Origin: a bacterium
GTDB lineage: Bacteria > UBA8248
Length of the DNA: 64,000 nt
Reading direction: 5' to 3'
Assembly (NCBI GenBank): GCA_965219955.1
Contig: OZ244799.1
Location: 2,688,001 to 2,752,000, forward strand
Shown here: positions 60,675-64,000 of the stretch, piece after piece
How the letters are laid out: each line of letters begins with the position of its first letter
How positions within the stretch are numbered: position 1 is the first letter of the stretch
Notes under the pieces: model-generated
What the model was told of the DNA's origin: nothing
The model's input: only the letters and a program-made list of their open reading frames with translations
Database searches by the model: none
Made by a program: the position numbers and the translations under genes

Positions 60675-61547
60675 TCATCCCTTCGGCCTGAAGTAGGCGA
60701 TGTCCCCCTTGATGGCCTCGTTGCGCTTCGTGTAGTAAAGCGGCGTCTTGCCGAATCTGTCCTTCGCGCCCGCGTCGGCCCCCGCCTCGATGAGGGCCCT
60801 GGCGACGGCGGGACTCTTTCCGAACCACGCCGTGAGGTGAAGCGGCGTCCACCTCCCGCGCGTATCGCGCGCGTTCACTTCCGCCTTCGCCTTCACCAGC
60901 GTGCGCACCACGGCGGGGGAACTCCCCTGGGCCGCCAGGTGAAGCGGCGTGCGCCCGAACATGTCGCGCGCGTCCACCTTCGCCCCGAGTTCGATAAGCG
61001 CGTCCGCGGTGACTACCGAGCCCTTCAGGGCGGCGAGGTGGAGCGCCGTGCGCCCGGGCCCCGTCCGCGCGCCCGGTTCCGCGCCCCCCTCGACGAGCGC
61101 GCGCACCACGGCGGGCGACTTGCCGAAGGCGGCCGCCAGATGGAGCGGCGTCCACCCGCGCCGGTCCCTTGCCGCGGTTTTTGCCCCGGCCCCGATGAGC
61201 GCGGCCGTGACGGCGGGATTCCCGTTGAAGTTCACCGCCATGTGCAGCGGCGTCATCCCGTTCGCGTCGCGCGCGTTGAGCGCAGCGCCCGCCTTCGCCA
61301 GCACGGTTATCAGGGCGGGCGTCCTCCCGAACCCCGCCGCGCGGTGCATGGGGGTGAGGCCCGCCGCGTCGCGCGCGTCCGGGGCTTTCCTCCCGAGGCA
61401 ACGCGCGAGGTCCGCCGCATCGGCGCGGATGAAAAAAGAAAGCGTGTTCCAGTACTCGCAAGGCACGGGCGCAGCGCCCGCGGGCGCAGGCGTCATCCAT
61501 GCCGCGAGCGCAAACGCCGCCCCGAGCGTCCCGGTGCGGAATTTCAT
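60675..61547 (-). CDS. Secreted ankyrin repeat protein
   Basis: Signal peptide; about 7 repeats of G.TPLH.AA....V..LL.AGA.V.ARD. Confidence 0.9.
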   Translation of the reverse strand: MKFRTGTLGAAFALAAWMTPAPAGAAPVPCEYWNTLSFFIRADAADLARCLGRKAPDARDAAGLTPMHRAAGFGRTPALITVLAKAGAALNARDANGMTPLHMAVNFNGNPAVTAALIGAGAKTAARDRRGWTPLHLAAAFGKSPAVVRALVEGGAEPGARTGPGRTALHLAALKGSVVTADALIELGAKVDARDMFGRTPLHLAAQGSSPAVVRTLVKAKAEVNARDTRGRWTPLHLTAWFGKSPAVARALIEAGADAGAKDRFGKTPLYYTKRNEAIKGDIAYFRPKG

Positions 61548-61656
61548 TCCCGCTTCCCCCCTTCGCGTCCGAAGTGCAGGGCTGCCAGGCAATTCGCCCC
61601 GCCCGGCAGCACGATGGATCCGATCGCGCCGGTCCTTGCTGTCCCCGGTCCGGGCT

Positions 61657-63999
61657 TCAGAATCTCTTCTGCCACCCGAGCGAGACCCCGTTGCTTCGGC
61701 TTTCGTTCTCGTATTCGAGGCCGAAGGCGAATTGCGTGTTTTCTCCAAAGGGCAGGGAATACCCCAGGGCGTAAGTCGTCGCCGGCCGGCTGCGCAGGCC
61801 GATCTCGATCCGGCGGCGCTCGAGCGACTGCGAGCGCCCGAGATAGAACGCTTCGGCAAAACCGGCCCCGGTCGCGACGACGTGGCTGATCCGGGCCCGT
61901 CCGCCGCGGATGCCCATTCCCTGCCGGGTCGAAAACCGCAGCCTGTCGTTGTCCCGGAATACGCCGCGCCCCTCGATTCCCGCCGAGCGGCCCGCCGCAC
62001 GCAGCCCGGATATGCCGGACAGCATGCCGCCGTCCACGGACACCTTTCCGGCGGCGTGTTCGTAGCCCACGAACACGCGCCAACTCTCGCCCAGCGTCCT
62101 CGACAACAACAACCGGCCCTGGCGGGTCGCGGTCCGGGCGTTTCCCAGCGCGCCGGGGTGCGCCCCCCAGAAGCTGCGGTTCTCATTGATGTGGGAGACC
62201 TCCGCCACGAGGCCGAAACCGCCGCGGCTCACGCGCCACTGCAGGCCGAGCTGCCACCACGGCGTCCGGCTGTGGTCGTTCCCGTCGACCGCGGCGAACG
62301 GCCGCACGCCTGTGCCCTGCCCCTCAAAGGCGAACGAGCCCCCGGGGTCGGCGAAGAAGGGGGCGGCGGCCGACGGGCCGGCGGCGTCGAACGCGTCCCA
62401 TTCCCGCCAGGGGGATTGTTCGCAGCCATCGCACAGGCCGTAGCGGAACCGCACGGCGCCCAGCAAGTCGTCCGAATATACCGAGCCCGCCGAGCGAACC
62501 CCGCCGGTTTCCGGGTCGGTCGTGACGAACGCGCCGTGGGCTTCATGGTAATGGCCCTCCGTCGGCGCGAACATGCCCGCCGCCGCGCGGGTATGCGCCG
62601 GGAATCTCCTGCCGCCTCCCCTGACGTCGACGATGCGCGAGAGCGCCATGTTGTGATACGCCCCGCGGACGCCGCCCACAGCGACCGGGACGGCTTTCAG
62701 CCCGGCGCCCACATGGGCGAGCGCCGGAGACAGGGTGATGCGGGCGTCGCGCAACGCAAGCGACCGCGTCGTTCCGGCGACCGAATACGGCAGGCGGACC
62801 GTCCCCTGCATGGCGATGGCCCTTCCCAGGTTCAGCCGTCCCCAGCCGTAGACCGGGTCCGGCTCGTCGGGGTTGCCCACACGGGTCCCGAGCGGGTCGG
62901 CGGCGTAGAGCAGCACGGCCTGCACCACCTCCATCGGCAGGCCGGGCAGCCGGCTCCTGAGCACGGCCAGCGCCCCGCTCACCATCGGGGCGGCGAAAGA
63001 GGTGCCCGAGATCCCGCCCCCGCCGGGGCGGAGGGTGAGATTCTCCCCCGGCGCGAACAGGCACCAGTTTCTGGCCGCGCCGCACCCGTTGGAGAACCGC
63101 GCGATACGCCCGCTCCTGTCCAGCGCCCCGACCACCAGCCATTTCCCCAGCAGTCCGGGCTCGAACAGCGGCGCCTCCAGCCATTCCCCCGGCGAGTTGT
63201 ATTCCGCGCAGTTGTTGCGCCCGCAGGCCGTCCCCCACATGTCCCTGAAAGAGACCGTACGGGTGGAATCGTCCGGGTCGTAGAGCCAGTTGAAGTTCTC
63301 CATGAAGTCCTGGGCGCTGACGGGCCCCTCGCCCAGCCGGCAGCCGTCCTCGCCCCGGAAGTTCTTGCCGCACATGCGGACTTCGTTGTTGACGGAATTC
63401 CACCCCGAGTTGCCCGCCGCCCATACCGCCACCATGTCCGCGTTCTCGAGCGCCGCGGCGACCTCGGCGAACTCATGCGTCAAGTAACTCGTGCGATCGC
63501 CCAGATCGATGCTGAGAAGGGGCCGGAAGTACGGCAGCGGCAAGGTCAGCCATACCCCGTCCCTGCCGGCGTATTTCCCGTAATAGGACGTCGAAATCCC
63601 GATGCTGAGGTTGATCACCTGCGCCCGGTTGTCGGCCGCGTATCGCAGCGCCTCCACGGGCCGTGCGCCGCCGGCGAGCTGTATCGGCATGATCGAGGCC
63701 CGCGGCGCGACGCCGTGGACGTTGTAGGTGGGGATCGCACCGCCGCCGGCGGCCCTTATCTCGAATGTCCCCGCGGTATTGTCCCTCGCCCCCGCGGCGA
63801 GCAGGGCGACATAGGTGCCGTGCCCCGTTCCAGGCTCCCCCGCCCGGCCCGGCTCGAACACGTTGGCGTTCCGGTTGCGCACGTGGCGCGGCGCCCTGAT
63901 CCGGCCCGCCAGATCGGGGTGCGTGGGGTCCAGGCCGTCGTCCGCCACCGCGATGGTCGCGCCCTGGCCGAAATAACCGCGCTGGTAGGCCCCGTCCGC
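61657..63999 (-). CDS. Subtilase (S8) with C-terminal beta-barrel-like domain; 5' end outside window
   Basis: IAVADDG (Asp), HGT (His), AAGN and GTSFAAP (Ser) motifs; C-terminal W..RF. Confidence 0.85.
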   Translation of the reverse strand, partial: ADGAYQRGYFGQGATIAVADDGLDPTHPDLAGRIRAPRHVRNRNANVFEPGRAGEPGTGHGTYVALLAAGARDNTAGTFEIRAAGGGAIPTYNVHGVAPRASIMPIQLAGGARPVEALRYAADNRAQVINLSIGISTSYYGKYAGRDGVWLTLPLPYFRPLLSIDLGDRTSYLTHEFAEVAAALENADMVAVWAAGNSGWNSVNNEVRMCGKNFRGEDGCRLGEGPVSAQDFMENFNWLYDPDDSTRTVSFRDMWGTACGRNNCAEYNSPGEWLEAPLFEPGLLGKWLVVGALDRSGRIARFSNGCGAARNWCLFAPGENLTLRPGGGGISGTSFAAPMVSGALAVLRSRLPGLPMEVVQAVLLYAADPLGTRVGNPDEPDPVYGWGRLNLGRAIAMQGTVRLPYSVAGTTRSLALRDARITLSPALAHVGAGLKAVPVAVGGVRGAYHNMALSRIVDVRGGGRRFPAHTRAAAGMFAPTEGHYHEAHGAFVTTDPETGGVRSAGSVYSDDLLGAVRFRYGLCDGCEQSPWREWDAFDAAGPSAAAPFFADPGGSFAFEGQGTGVRPFAAVDGNDHSRTPWWQLGLQWRVSRGGFGLVAEVSHINENRSFWGAHPGALGNARTATRQGRLLLSRTLGESWRVFVGYEHAAGKVSVDGGMLSGISGLRAAGRSAGIEGRGVFRDNDRLRFSTRQGMGIRGGRARISHVVATGAGFAEAFYLGRSQSLERRRIEIGLRSRPATTYALGYSLPFGENTQFAFGLEYENESRSNGVSLGWQKRF

Positions 64000-64000
64000 G

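Larger units (their letters stand above)
46800..64000. mobile_element. Putative integrated genomic island
   Basis: Tandem integrases at the left end, duplicated HU locus, pseudogenes, no MITE copies seen. Boundaries not defined. Confidence 0.55.

Overview
High-GC bacterial chromosome segment from a diderm (DcaP porin), F420-producing, probably selenocysteine-using organism. Secreted Sel1/ankyrin proteins and tandem integrases are compatible with a host-associated lifestyle (inference). Host genes include glgB/glgX, an enolase-family dehydratase, a molybdo-oxidase, LLM oxidoreductases, an amidase, aroE, a CoA-transferase, a complete F420 operon, a CdaA-YbbR diadenylate cyclase and amtB. The main discovery is two intact minus-strand clusters of phage virion genes: terminase ATPase, terminase nuclease and portal (40778-43832), and protease-capsid, connectors, tail tube and tail chaperone (24414-30897). 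They are separated by about 10 kb of mostly host-type genes, with no adjacent replication, repressor or lysis genes. Both are preceded by an identical 23-bp direct-repeat box exactly 24 nt upstream of a -10-like hexamer, which makes them a candidate domesticated, co-regulated gene-transfer-agent-like system. Also present: two UGA-readthrough selenoproteins with SECIS-like hairpins, a probable CTG-initiated cofG, a MITE family (15-bp TIR, 5-bp TSD) carrying shuffled palindromic modules, and a tandem-integrase island from about 46.8 kb to the window end.
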